Source: an uncultured Thermoanaerobaculia bacterium (lineage in GTDB: Bacteria > Acidobacteriota > Thermoanaerobaculia > Gp7-AA8). Taken from it: DNA of 58,715 bases. Within the stretch, counting starts at the first letter, position 1. Each line of letters begins with the position of its first letter. The notes below the pieces were generated by a model. It did not search any database and was not told the DNA's origin. It saw only the letters and a program-made list of their open reading frames with translations. Position numbers and translations under genes: made by a program. Of the stretch, positions 9,144 through 18,252 are shown piece by piece. The stretch lies in NCBI GenBank assembly GCA_964650405.1, contig CAZYTO010000003.1:1-58715 (forward strand), given 5' to 3'.

Positions 9144-9414
9144 GGCGATAGATGAGCATGAGGTTGCGGGCATAAACGACGAGCCCGGGCGCCTGACCGA
9201 GAATGATCACCGGGTCGCGGCGCAGCAGGCCGTACATCGTCATCAGCACCCCTCCCGCCAGCGACAGCCACCAGAACCCGACTGGGACATGGCTCTGGCG
9301 CCGGCGCTCCGACGCGATCCACTGAACGATGAACCGTGCCGCAAAAATCGCCTGGGCGATGAACCCGAACAGGGCGATGAGGTCCCAGTGCCAGGAGGCA
9401 GGGTTGAGATGCAT
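9088..9414 (-). CDS. Lipid A biosynthesis N-terminal domain (LAB_N) membrane protein
   Basis: FGFIAQAIFAARFIVQWIASERRRQSHVPVGFWWLSLAGG...DPVIILGQ...VYARNL. Confidence 0.9.
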   Translation of the reverse strand: MHLNPASWHWDLIALFGFIAQAIFAARFIVQWIASERRRQSHVPVGFWWLSLAGGVLMTMYGLLRRDPVIILGQAPGLVVYARNLMLIYRHAQRDPAEETPRPRPAVD

Positions 9415-9443
9415 GACCGTAGGAAGTATGCAGGAGGAGGAGG

Positions 9444-9549
9444 GAAAGGGCGAAGGATGAAGGGCGAAGGATGAAGGGCGAAGGGCGAAGGGCGAGGGAT
9501 GAAGGAGAGTCGACGTTCCTTCGCCCTTCATCCTTCGCCCTTCGCCCTT
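9444..9549. repeat. Family D heptamer (GAAGGGC/GAAGGAT) hairpin
   Basis: About 9 units 9444-9505, 12-nt loop, about 4.5 complementary units 9518-9549. Confidence 0.92.
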
Positions 9550-9561
9550 AAGAGTGCTCGC

Positions 9562-10305
9562 TTACTCGCGGCTGTCGGAGCCCTCTTCATGTACGTCGTA
9601 GCTAAGGAGCCGTTTCCCCATCCAGCGGACGGCGAGGCAGTCGGCCAGGCCGCGGAAGGCGCGATTCATGGCGCCGTACTTCGAGACGCCGAACTGCCGG
9701 GCGCGATGGTTGACCGGCATCTCCACGACCTTGTAGCCCTGCATGCGCACGAGGGTAGGGAGGAAGCGGTGCATGCCCGTGAAGAGCTTCACCTTCTCCA
9801 CTGCCTCACGCTTCACGAGCTTGAGCGAACAGCCGGTGTCGGTGACCTGGTCGTGGGTGAGCCAGTTGCGGACGCCGTTGCCGATCTTCGACTGCATGCG
9901 GCGCGACCAGGTGTCGTGGCGATTGACGCGGACGCCGATGACCATGTCCACGCCGCCATCTTCGAGCTTGCGCAGCATGCCCGGGATGTCGGCCGGGTCG
10001 TTCTGCAGGTCGGCGTCGAGGGAGACGACGTACGTCCCGCGCGCGGCGCGCCAGCCGGCGTCGAGCGCGGCCGTCTGCCCGCTGTTTCTGGCGAACGTGA
10101 GCACGCGCAGTTGCGGATACCTGGCCCGCAGTTGGTGCAGCGCCGCCAGGCTCCCGTCGCGCGAGCCGTCGTTGACGGCGATCACTTCATACGGCCGCCC
10201 CATCGGATCGAGCGCGCGCGCGATCTCCTCCATCAGGATGGGGAGGTTCTCCTCCTCGTTGTAGACCGGGAAGACGACGGAGAGATCGGGAGGGGCGGCG
10301 GGCAT
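9562..10305 (-). CDS. Glycosyltransferase family 2 (polyprenol-phosphate glycosyltransferase, DPM1/ArnC-like)
   Basis: SVVFPVYNEEEN, VNDGSRD, NSGQTAAL, SLDADLQNDPADIP, DTGCSLK, MHRFLP, VNHRARQFGVSKY. Confidence 0.92.
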   Translation of the reverse strand: MPAAPPDLSVVFPVYNEEENLPILMEEIARALDPMGRPYEVIAVNDGSRDGSLAALHQLRARYPQLRVLTFARNSGQTAALDAGWRAARGTYVVSLDADLQNDPADIPGMLRKLEDGGVDMVIGVRVNRHDTWSRRMQSKIGNGVRNWLTHDQVTDTGCSLKLVKREAVEKVKLFTGMHRFLPTLVRMQGYKVVEMPVNHRARQFGVSKYGAMNRAFRGLADCLAVRWMGKRLLSYDVHEEGSDSRE

Positions 10306-10343
10306 TGCCGGGTAGTCTAAGTCACGCGGCAGACAGTCGAGAA

Positions 10344-10427
10344 CTGAAGGCTGAAAGGCTGGTAGGCGTGGCACGCTCATGGGGCCCGGCCTTCAGCCCG
10401 CGAGCCTTTCCGCTTTCCAGCCTTTCT
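10344..10427. repeat. Family I octamer hairpin in the divergent GT2/tatD intergenic region
   Basis: ctgaaggctgaaaggctggtaggc ... gccttcagcc..gagcctttccgctttccagcctttc. Confidence 0.8.
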
Positions 10428-10453
10428 CCCCGCTGTCGTAAACTGCGCCGCCC

Positions 10454-11233
10454 ATGTCCATGCGTTTCACCGACTCCCACTGCCACCTCACCATGGCCGA
10501 TGCCGCGGCGACGCTGGCCCGGGCCCGGGCGGGAGGGGTGGCCGGTTTCGTCGTTCCGGGGACGAAACTCTCCGATGCACCGCAGGCGGTGGCCATCGCG
10601 GCGGCCAATGACGACGTGTGGGCGGCGGTGGGATTTCATCCGCACGAGGCGAAGGACTGCGACGACCGCGCCTTCGCCGAGATCGAGCGGCTGGCGCACG
10701 ACGCGCGGGTGGTAGCGGTCGGGGAGTGCGGGCTCGATTATCACTACATGCACTCGCCGCGGGAGACGCAGATCGCCGTCTTTGAACGGCACCTGGACCT
10801 GGCCAAACGCCTGGACAAGCCCATCATCGTCCACAACCGCGACTCGACCGGCGACATGGTGGCCGTGCTCACCCGCAGCGGCGCGCGCGGCATCCTCCAC
10901 TCGTACACGGAAGACGCCGGCGTGGCCCGCACCTTCATCGGCCTCGGCTACTACATCTCGTTCTCCGGCATCGTCACCTTCCGCAGCGCCGATGCCCTAA
11001 GAGAGTGTGCGCGCCAACTGCCGCACGACCGCGTCCTCATCGAGACCGACACCCCGTACCTCGCCCCCGTCCCCTACCGCGGCAAGGACAATGAGCCGGC
11101 CTTCGTCGTGAAAGTCGCGGAGCTGCTGGCCGGACTCTGGGGCCGGCCGCTGGAGGAAGTAGCCGCGCAGACCACGGCCAACTTCGAGCACGCGTTCGGC
11201 GTGACGCTGAAAACGCCGTCATCCCGAGCGTAG
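10454..11233 (+). CDS. tatD: TatD family metal-dependent deoxyribonuclease
   Basis: DSHCHL, GFHPH, VGECGLDY, PIIVHNR, ILHSY, LIETDTPYLAP. Confidence 0.95.
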   Translation: MSMRFTDSHCHLTMADAAATLARARAGGVAGFVVPGTKLSDAPQAVAIAAANDDVWAAVGFHPHEAKDCDDRAFAEIERLAHDARVVAVGECGLDYHYMHSPRETQIAVFERHLDLAKRLDKPIIVHNRDSTGDMVAVLTRSGARGILHSYTEDAGVARTFIGLGYYISFSGIVTFRSADALRECARQLPHDRVLIETDTPYLAPVPYRGKDNEPAFVVKVAELLAGLWGRPLEEVAAQTTANFEHAFGVTLKTPSSRA

Positions 11234-11589
11234 CGAGGGACCTGGGCGTGCGGGCGGTTCCGCACAATGCCGAAGACGCGTCAAAGCATCACGCGGAGAC
11301 GCGGAGAAGCGGAGGTCGCGGAGTCATCAGCTCTCCTCCGCGTCTCCGCGTAAACCATCAAGCCGACAATGCCCGCTTCGTTCGGAACCGCCCCACCCAC
11401 CCAGGTCCCTCGCTCGGCGCTTCCAAGAAAGTGCCAGTGTCATGCGTGTTTACAAGCCAACAAACCAATCACGAGGAGGATGCGGAGAAAAGCAAAACCT
11501 CCGCGATCTCCGCGTCTCCGCGTGACCCGTCCCTCGTCGTTTCTTCTCTCAGGCGCACCGTACCCGCGCCGTGTTGGGCTCGGGATGAC
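11218..11589. repeat. REP-like palindrome (GTCATCCCGAGC...GCTCGGGATGAC) interrupted by two CGCGGAG-type palindromes
   Basis: Left arm 11218-11261; complementary segments at 11384-11414 and 11578-11589; inner hairpins at 11291-11351 and 11470-11524. Confidence 0.8.
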
Positions 11590-11605
11590 GGGTGGGCGCG
11601 GCGGG

Positions 11606-12910
11606 TCAGTGCGCCACACCCCTCCGCTTCGACGGCGGCGGCGCGTACACGTAGCCGCGGACGGCGGTCACGGTCGTGCTACCAGCCGTCACGGCCACGT
11701 CGACGGCACCCGCGGCATGCGCGGGAACAGTGGCCTTCAGGGTCACGGCGTCGATGACCTGGACGTTCGTCGCGGCGACGCCGCCCACGGTCACGCTGGG
11801 GGTGGAACCGAACCCGGAGCCGATGATCTCGATGACGTTGCCGCCCGCGGGCGGGCCGGCAGAGGGCTCGATTCCCGCGATGGCCAGGACCGGCGCGGTG
11901 TAGGTGAAGCTGTTGAACGTGGCGTTCTGCGAATCGGGATTCGTCACGACTACGGCCGCATTGCCCGCGGCATGCGCGGGAGCGGTGGCGGTGAGGCTGG
12001 TGCTCGCGCCGAAGGTGACGCCCGTGGCCGGCGTGCCGCCGAAGGTGACCGTGGCTCCGCTTACGAAGTTCGTGCCGTGAATCGTGACGACAGTCCCCCC
12101 TGCCGTGGAGCCGCCGGCCGGATCGAGACTGGTGATCGCCGGCGTCGGGTTCTGGTAGGTGAAACCGTTGGCCAGAACGCCGCTCTGGGCATCGGGATTC
12201 GTCACGGCCACGGCCACCTGGCCGGCGCCATGCGCCGGCGTTTTGCAGGAGATGGCCGTACCGGAGGTGACCTGGACGTTCGTGGCCGCCGTGCCGCCGA
12301 ACGAGACGGTGGCGTTGTTGGCGAAGCCCGAACCGTTCACGGTCACGCTCGTACCCCCTGCCACCGGTCCAGTGGAGGGGTTGACGCTGCTCACCGACGG
12401 CGGCGGCTGCGTCACGGGAGTCACGGTCATCGTGCCGACCATGTTGGAGTGCGCGTTGCTGCACGACGGCACGCTGCAGACGTAGGAAAAGGTCCCCGCC
12501 GTCGTGGCCACGAACGAGATCGAGATCGAGTTCCCCCGGTTACAGTTCCGGGCGCTCTCGATGTACGTATCCATGAGGATGCCATGGCTGGTGGAGAAGT
12601 CGTTCGACGGCACGGTGAAGGTGATATTGACCGTGTCGCCCTGGTTCACGGTGAAGGGTGACGGCGAGACGGTGAACTGCGCCGAATTCGTGCTCACCGC
12701 GTGGGCGGTGATGGTGAACGACACCGACGCCGTCGGCTCGACCGTCGCCGGCGGCTGGGGAATGACATCTCCGTGTTTCGACAACGAAACCGCCAGTGCC
12801 CGGTAGTCGTCTTCGGTCATCGGGTGATGCCCGGCGTGCTGGGCGTAGAGGGCGGACGGGAGGAAGAGAAAGGCGAGAAGCGCGAGAACCGAGACTACCC
12901 GTTTGAGCAT
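11606..12910 (-). CDS. Secreted cupredoxin-domain protein with three IPT/TIG repeats
   Basis: Signal peptide; VNQGDTVNITF...SHGI...GTFSYVCSVPSCSNAHSNMVGTMTV; three P-x-GG-T-x-V-x-I-x-G-x-F IPT/TIG units; C-terminus KRRGVAH. Confidence 0.85.
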   Translation of the reverse strand: MLKRVVSVLALLAFLFLPSALYAQHAGHHPMTEDDYRALAVSLSKHGDVIPQPPATVEPTASVSFTITAHAVSTNSAQFTVSPSPFTVNQGDTVNITFTVPSNDFSTSHGILMDTYIESARNCNRGNSISISFVATTAGTFSYVCSVPSCSNAHSNMVGTMTVTPVTQPPPSVSSVNPSTGPVAGGTSVTVNGSGFANNATVSFGGTAATNVQVTSGTAISCKTPAHGAGQVAVAVTNPDAQSGVLANGFTYQNPTPAITSLDPAGGSTAGGTVVTIHGTNFVSGATVTFGGTPATGVTFGASTSLTATAPAHAAGNAAVVVTNPDSQNATFNSFTYTAPVLAIAGIEPSAGPPAGGNVIEIIGSGFGSTPSVTVGGVAATNVQVIDAVTLKATVPAHAAGAVDVAVTAGSTTVTAVRGYVYAPPPSKRRGVAH

Positions 12911-12941
12911 GGTGAACAGACGTCCCCGAGTTTTCTGTCGT

Positions 12942-14192
12942 TTACAAGCGGATGATGATGTTGCGGCGGTACAACAGCCAGAGGATTGCCAGCCACAGCG
13001 TCACGAAACTGAGAGCCCACAAAAGCGAAGCGAAGCGGTCCGAAAGATATCCAAGCTGGAACCAGGAAAATGTGAGCTGGTGCACAGAAATCAGCTTGCC
13101 GCCCACATTTACCTTCCACAGCGAATCGATGATGCGGGCCATCAGCCCCGAGCCGACGAATGCCACCAGCGGATTGACGCCGTAGATGACGAACGGCTTC
13201 GTCCAGCCGCGGTATCCCTCCACGTCGATGAGCCAGAGGCATGTGGCCAGGCAGACGCAGGCGAACCCGGCCGTAAAGACGACGTAGCTGCTCGTCCAGA
13301 GATTCTTGTTGATGGGAAAGACCCAGCTCCAGAACGAGCCGAGGACCATGCCCAGGCAGCCCACGCCGTAGAGGCCGGCAATGCGCTCGATGAGCGACCG
13401 CTTCTTGTCGCCGATCCAGCGCCCCGCGAAGACGCCGAGCATGGCCGTCGCCACGGCCGGGACCGTCGACAGCGGCCCCTCCGGGTCGTAGGTCTTGCTC
13501 GACGCCCAGATGTGGTTCGTGCCGAGGATGAGCCGGTCGGACCAGGCCGCGAGCGTGGCGCCCGGCTGGTTGAGCACATAGAAACCGATGGTCCCCGTGC
13601 CCGGCACAGGCACCAGCGTCATCACCACCCAGTAGCCGATGAGGATGGCCACGACGACGGCGATCTGCGTGCGCCGCGAGGTGCGCAGGGTCAGCAGTGC
13701 CGCGCAGACGTAGGCGATGCCGATGCGCTGCAGCACGCCGAGGTAGCGGAGGTGCTGGATGCGGTAGACGACGCGGTCGAGGAATGTCGGTGCCGCGATG
13801 TCGCCCACCTTTGCGCCCCACCAGAAGAAGGGGAACCAGGCCAGCAGCAGACCGGCCAGGAAGATGAGCAGCCCGCGCCGGAGGATCTTGCGCACCAGCG
13901 CGCCCGTGTCCGCCCCCTGCGCCGCGCGCGTACCGAGGGAGAGGTGCGTAGTGATGCCGACGATGAAGAGGAAGAAGGGAAAGATGAGGTCCGTGGGCGT
14001 CCAGCCGTTCCACTCCGCGTGCTCGAGCGGCGGGTAGATCGCGCTCCAGCTCCCCGGATTGTTGACCAGCAGCATCCCGGCGATGGTCATGCCGCGGAAG
14101 ACGTCGAGCGCCAGGAGCCGCTCCTTCACGGGAGCCAGCGGCGGCTCAACGGCAGGTTCGGTGAGCGGAGGAGCGTCGAGAACGGCGGTCAC
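12942..14192 (-). CDS. Heparan-alpha-glucosaminide N-acetyltransferase (HGSNAT/DUF5009)-like membrane acyltransferase
   Basis: RLLALDVFRG, LVNNPG, HAEWNGWTPTDLIFPFFLFIVG, GVLQRIG, DPEGPLST, PINKNLWTSSY. Confidence 0.9.
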   Translation of the reverse strand: MTAVLDAPPLTEPAVEPPLAPVKERLLALDVFRGMTIAGMLLVNNPGSWSAIYPPLEHAEWNGWTPTDLIFPFFLFIVGITTHLSLGTRAAQGADTGALVRKILRRGLLIFLAGLLLAWFPFFWWGAKVGDIAAPTFLDRVVYRIQHLRYLGVLQRIGIAYVCAALLTLRTSRRTQIAVVVAILIGYWVVMTLVPVPGTGTIGFYVLNQPGATLAAWSDRLILGTNHIWASSKTYDPEGPLSTVPAVATAMLGVFAGRWIGDKKRSLIERIAGLYGVGCLGMVLGSFWSWVFPINKNLWTSSYVVFTAGFACVCLATCLWLIDVEGYRGWTKPFVIYGVNPLVAFVGSGLMARIIDSLWKVNVGGKLISVHQLTFSWFQLGYLSDRFASLLWALSFVTLWLAILWLLYRRNIIIRL

Positions 14193-14201
14193 GCCGCAAG
14201 T

Positions 14202-14319
14202 ATGAAGGATGACGGGATGAAGGATGAAGGGATGTGCCGGTTCGGACGGCCATCATGGGCAGGAAGCGTGGAAGATGATCACGCGCCGGTTCCTCCTTCG
14301 CCCTTCCTCCTTCGCCCTT
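14202..14319. repeat. Family D heptamer hairpin (degenerate)
   Basis: atgaaggatgacgggatgaaggatgaaggg ... tcctccttcgcccttcctccttcgccctt. Confidence 0.8.
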
Positions 14320-14328
14320 TTTCTCGAG

Positions 14329-15138
14329 CTACCCCACCAGCTTCCGATACTCTTTCAGGTGCTGCACGGCGCTGGCCGTCTCGCCGCGCTTCTCGTACAG
14401 GCCGGCCAGGTTATAGTGAGCGTCCGCATTGTCGGGGTCGAGGGCCAGGGCACGGGCGTAGGCCTCGATGGCTTCGCGCACGCGGCCGAGGTCTTCCAGG
14501 GCCACGCCGAGATTGAAGGCGGCCGTGTCATGGGCCGGATCGGCGGCGAGGGCGGCGCGGTAGTGCTTCTCCGCCGCGGCGGGCGCGCCTTCCTCGTGCA
14601 GGAGGCGCCCGAGGTTCACGTGGGCGTCGGCATGCCGCGGGTCGAGAACGAGGGCCCGCTCGTAGGCGGCCTTCCCCTCCTCCGGCGACGACAGTTCCAG
14701 GTCGCACCCCAGTTCGTACCACCCCTCGGCATCGAGGTCGTCGCTCTTCCTGCCATGGAGGATAGGGATGGTCTGCTCGGCGATGATCTCGGCGACCGGG
14801 AAGTCGAACAGCTCCTGCCCCGACTCCGGGTTCCATACCGTCGTGCCGTCGCGCACGACGATGCGGTCGCCGTCCGTGGCGATGCGGATGCCGGCCAGCG
14901 AGCGCCCCGGCGGCAACTGCTCGCGCAGCTTCTCCAGCACGCGCTGCACCTTCCGCTGCGGGACGTCGGCGGCGATCAATTCGCTGGCCGTGCGGAGCAC
15001 GACGAGGTCGCGGAAGCCGAATTGCAGCTCGCCGCGCGGCCCACGCTCCGGAGAGAGGAATCCCTTCGCGGTGTACGACCGAATCTGCCCGGGTGTGATC
15101 CCGAGCATCGCCGCGACGTCGCGGACCGTGAAGGCCAT
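14329..15138 (-). CDS. MerR-type HTH plus TPR protein
   Basis: FTVRDVAAMLGITPGQIRSYTAKGFLSP HTH; C-terminal TPRs (AHVNLGRLL, AAFNLGVAL, AHYNLAGLY). Confidence 0.8.
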   Translation of the reverse strand: MAFTVRDVAAMLGITPGQIRSYTAKGFLSPERGPRGELQFGFRDLVVLRTASELIAADVPQRKVQRVLEKLREQLPPGRSLAGIRIATDGDRIVVRDGTTVWNPESGQELFDFPVAEIIAEQTIPILHGRKSDDLDAEGWYELGCDLELSSPEEGKAAYERALVLDPRHADAHVNLGRLLHEEGAPAAAEKHYRAALAADPAHDTAAFNLGVALEDLGRVREAIEAYARALALDPDNADAHYNLAGLYEKRGETASAVQHLKEYRKLVG

Positions 15139-15148
15139 CGCCGGAAGT

Positions 15149-15931
15149 CTACCCCCGGCTCTCCTGCAGCTTGCGGACGATGAAGGTCACGACGCGGCGG
15201 GGGGAGACGCGGACGGACTGGGCGAGGAGCTTGTTCTTCAGGCCGGCCACAACGACGCGGCGGCCGCGGAGCATGGCCCGGTAGCCGGTGCGGGCCACGC
15301 TCGCGGAGGAGGCGGGGCTGGCCAGGCGGAAGAGGCGGGTGGCGCCGGCGCCCGCGGCGGCGGCGAAGCCGGTCTCGGTCGGGCCGGGGCAGAGCGCCGT
15401 CACGGTCACGCCCGTGTCGCGCAGCTCGTCGGCGATGGCCTCGGAGAACGACAGGACGTACGCCTTCGTGGCGTAGTAGACGGCCATGAGCGGTCCGGGC
15501 TGGAAGGCGGCGGTGGAGGCGACGTTGAGGATGCGGCCCCGCTTGCGCGCGACCATGCCGGGGAGGAGGAGCTTGGTGAGCTGAGTGAGGGCGACGCAGT
15601 TGACCTGGATCATCTCCAGCTCGGCACGGCCGCCGGTGGCCACGAAGGCGCCGGCCACGCCGAAACCAGCGTTGTTCACCAGGGCGTCGACGGTCAGGCC
15701 TCGGTCCTCCAGGACGCTGGCGATCTCGCCGGCCGCATCGGGCCGGGCCAGGTCGACGGCGATCACCTCGGCGGAGATGCCGTGGTCTTTGGCCAGGGAA
15801 TCGGCGAGCTGGCGCAGCTTCCCCTCGCTGCGCGCGACCAGCACGAGGTCCCAGCCGTCACGCGCGAAGAGGCGCGCCAGCTCGAGACCGATGCCGCCCG
15901 AGGCGCCGGTGATGAGGGCTGTCTGTTTCAT
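15149..15931 (-). CDS. Short-chain dehydrogenase/reductase (DltE/YqjQ-like)
   Basis: TGASGGIG, LVNNAGFG, NVASTAA, YYATK. Confidence 0.92.
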   Translation of the reverse strand: MKQTALITGASGGIGLELARLFARDGWDLVLVARSEGKLRQLADSLAKDHGISAEVIAVDLARPDAAGEIASVLEDRGLTVDALVNNAGFGVAGAFVATGGRAELEMIQVNCVALTQLTKLLLPGMVARKRGRILNVASTAAFQPGPLMAVYYATKAYVLSFSEAIADELRDTGVTVTALCPGPTETGFAAAAGAGATRLFRLASPASSASVARTGYRAMLRGRRVVVAGLKNKLLAQSVRVSPRRVVTFIVRKLQESRG

Positions 15932-15940
15932 GATGGGCTT

Positions 15941-15950
15941 ACGTTACCAT
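15941..15950. promoter_or_regulatory. Overlapping divergent -10 boxes (TACCAT on +, TAACGT on -)
   Basis: 8 nt before the S9 peptidase ATG and 9 nt before the SDR ATG, in a 27-nt intergenic gap. Confidence 0.55.
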
Positions 15951-15958
15951 CACGCTCC

Positions 15959-18061
15959 ATGTACGCCATCCGTCTCGCCGCTCTCACCCTTCTCGCGACG
16001 GTCGTCTCGGCGCAGCCGTCGAAGATCCCCATCCCGGCCAAGAAGGCGCCGACGCACGAAGCGCTCTGGCTGATGAAGCGCGTCGGCAGTCCCGTGCCCA
16101 GCCCCGACGGGAAGTGGGTGATCGTTCCGGTAACGGAGCCGGCCTACGACGAGAAGGACCAGTCGTCCGATCTCTGGCTCATGCCCAGCGACGGCAGCGC
16201 CGCCCCGCGGCAGATCACCCACAACAAGCCGGCGGAAAGCGACGTGACGTGGTCACCCGACAGCCGGGCCATCGCCTTCTCGTCGAAGCGCGAGGGCGAC
16301 GAGGTGGCGCAGGTCTACATCCTCGACATCGCCGGCGGCGGCGAGGCACGGCGGGTGACGAGCCTCTCCACCGGGGCCCGCGGCCCGCAGTTCCGCCCCG
16401 ACGGCGGCGCCATCGCCGTGCAGTCGACCGTCTACCCCGGCGCGGTGGACGACGAGGCGAACAAGAAGATCGCCAAAGAGCGGAAGGAGCGGAAATACAA
16501 GGTCCGCACCTACGACACGTTCCCCATCCACCAGTGGGACCGCTGGCTGGACGACCAGCAGACGCACATCATCCTCATCACGCTCGACACGCCCAACGTC
16601 CCGCCGAACGACTTCCTCGCCCCGACGAAACTCGCCGCGACGCCCGGCTTCGGCGGCCACTTCGGCGAGGGCTCGCGCGAGGAGCTCGAATCGGCCTGGA
16701 CGCCCGACGGCCGGGCCATGGTGTTCTCCGCGACGACCGCCAGGAACACCAGCGCTTACGCGGAAGTGCCGTACGACCTCTACGTCGCCGACGGCAACGG
16801 CGAGCCGAAGGTCCTCACGGACGGCAAAGGACGCTACGAAGGGCCGCGCTTCTCGCCGGACGGCAAGACGCTCTTCGCCACGTACGAGCCAAACGAGAAG
16901 AAGCAGTACCACAACAACCGGATCGTCCGTTTCGACTGGCCGTCGATGGCGAACCGGAAGGTGGTGACGGACGCGCCCTTCGACCGCTCCGTGGCCTCGT
17001 GGACCATCACGCCCGACAGTGCGCTGATCTTCTTCAGCGCCGAGGATGCGGGGCAGGAGAAGATCTACGCGGTGCCGGCGGCGGGGGGCGAAGTGAAGCT
17101 CAGCTTCGCGCCGGAGCGCGGCGTCTTCACCGGGCTGCGCATCCCGGAGAAAGCGGCGGCGCCCATCCTCATCGGGCAGTGGAGCAGCTCCATCAACCCC
17201 ACTGAGGTCGTGCGCATCGATCCCGTGCGGCAGAAGATGACGAACCTCACCGAGTTCGACGTGGCCGCGGCGCAGCGCATCGACTGGCTGCCGCCGGAGC
17301 ACTTCTCCTTCACCAGCAAGCGCGGGAAGAAGATCCACAACATGATCGTGAAGCCGGCCGGCTTCGACGAGACGAAGAAGTACCCGCTCTTCGTCCTCAT
17401 CCACGGCGGCGCGGCCAGCCAGTGGCGTGACGCCATCTCGCTCCGCTGGAACTATCACCTGCTGGCCAAGCCGGGCTACGTCCTCCTCCTCACGGACTAC
17501 ACCGGCTCGACCGGCAACGGGGAGAAGTTCGCCCAGGACATCGAGCTCGATCCCCTGAAAGGCCCGGGCGAGGAGCTGAACGAGGCGGCCGACGAGGCCA
17601 TCAAGCGCTTCGCCTTCATCGACGGCACGCGCCAGGCGGCCGGCGGCGCGAGCTATGGCGGCCACCTCGCCTACTGGCTGGAGGCAACGACCACCCGCTA
17701 CAAGTGCATCATCGCCCACGCCGGCGAGTTCAACCTCGGCTCGCAGTGGGCCACGAGCGACGGGATCTACCACCGCGAGCTGATGAACGGCGGTCCGCCC
17801 TGGGAAGGGGGCAAGGTCTGGAAGGAGCAGAGCCCCATCACCTACGCGGCGAAGATGAAGACGCCCATCCTCCTCTCGGTCGGGGAGCACGACTTCCGCG
17901 TGCCGATGAACAACACCATCGAAGCCTGGTCGGTCCTCCAGCACCAGCGCGTGCCCTCACGCCTGCTGGTCTGGCCCGACGAGAACCACTGGATCCTCAA
18001 CGGCGAGAACAGCCGGCACTTCTACGAGGAGGTGTGGGCGTGGCTGGGGAAGTGGCTGTGA
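15959..18061 (+). CDS. Secreted S9 (prolyl oligopeptidase family) peptidase with PD40 propeller
   Basis: Signal peptide MYAIRLAALTLLATVVSA; SPDG repeats; IHGG; GASYGG nucleophile; GEHDFRVP; DENHWI. The ORF-track extension to 14768 is antisense shadow. Confidence 0.93.
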   Translation: MYAIRLAALTLLATVVSAQPSKIPIPAKKAPTHEALWLMKRVGSPVPSPDGKWVIVPVTEPAYDEKDQSSDLWLMPSDGSAAPRQITHNKPAESDVTWSPDSRAIAFSSKREGDEVAQVYILDIAGGGEARRVTSLSTGARGPQFRPDGGAIAVQSTVYPGAVDDEANKKIAKERKERKYKVRTYDTFPIHQWDRWLDDQQTHIILITLDTPNVPPNDFLAPTKLAATPGFGGHFGEGSREELESAWTPDGRAMVFSATTARNTSAYAEVPYDLYVADGNGEPKVLTDGKGRYEGPRFSPDGKTLFATYEPNEKKQYHNNRIVRFDWPSMANRKVVTDAPFDRSVASWTITPDSALIFFSAEDAGQEKIYAVPAAGGEVKLSFAPERGVFTGLRIPEKAAAPILIGQWSSSINPTEVVRIDPVRQKMTNLTEFDVAAAQRIDWLPPEHFSFTSKRGKKIHNMIVKPAGFDETKKYPLFVLIHGGAASQWRDAISLRWNYHLLAKPGYVLLLTDYTGSTGNGEKFAQDIELDPLKGPGEELNEAADEAIKRFAFIDGTRQAAGGASYGGHLAYWLEATTTRYKCIIAHAGEFNLGSQWATSDGIYHRELMNGGPPWEGGKVWKEQSPITYAAKMKTPILLSVGEHDFRVPMNNTIEAWSVLQHQRVPSRLLVWPDENHWILNGENSRHFYEEVWAWLGKWL

Positions 18062-18065
18062 AACG

Positions 18066-18147
18066 GAGTGCTGAGTGCCGAGTGCTGAGTGCCGAGTCTT
18101 TGAGCATGAGTCCTGAGGGCATGAGGCATGAGTAACGAGGCATGAGT
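18066..18147. repeat. Tandem family B then family C heptamer arms (one-sided)
   Basis: gagtgctgagtgccgagtgctgagtgccgagt then gagcatgagtcctgagggcatgaggcatgagt...catgagt. Confidence 0.85.
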
Positions 18148-18252
18148 GGCCTTTAGGCTGTGCCTCGGGCGATTACAACCTCGATCGCGGGATGTCCTCA
18201 CACCCTCTGGGTGCCGGGCGCCGAGGCTCTTGTTCCTGATCTCGAATTCCTG

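Noticed and set aside
9415-9531. N-terminal ORF extensions that read through repeats (HPSPFAL, QRTTNNE, RCRVPGG, GCGVAGL types)
   Set aside because: Translations of 7/8-mer arrays; better starts with SD or -10 boxes lie downstream
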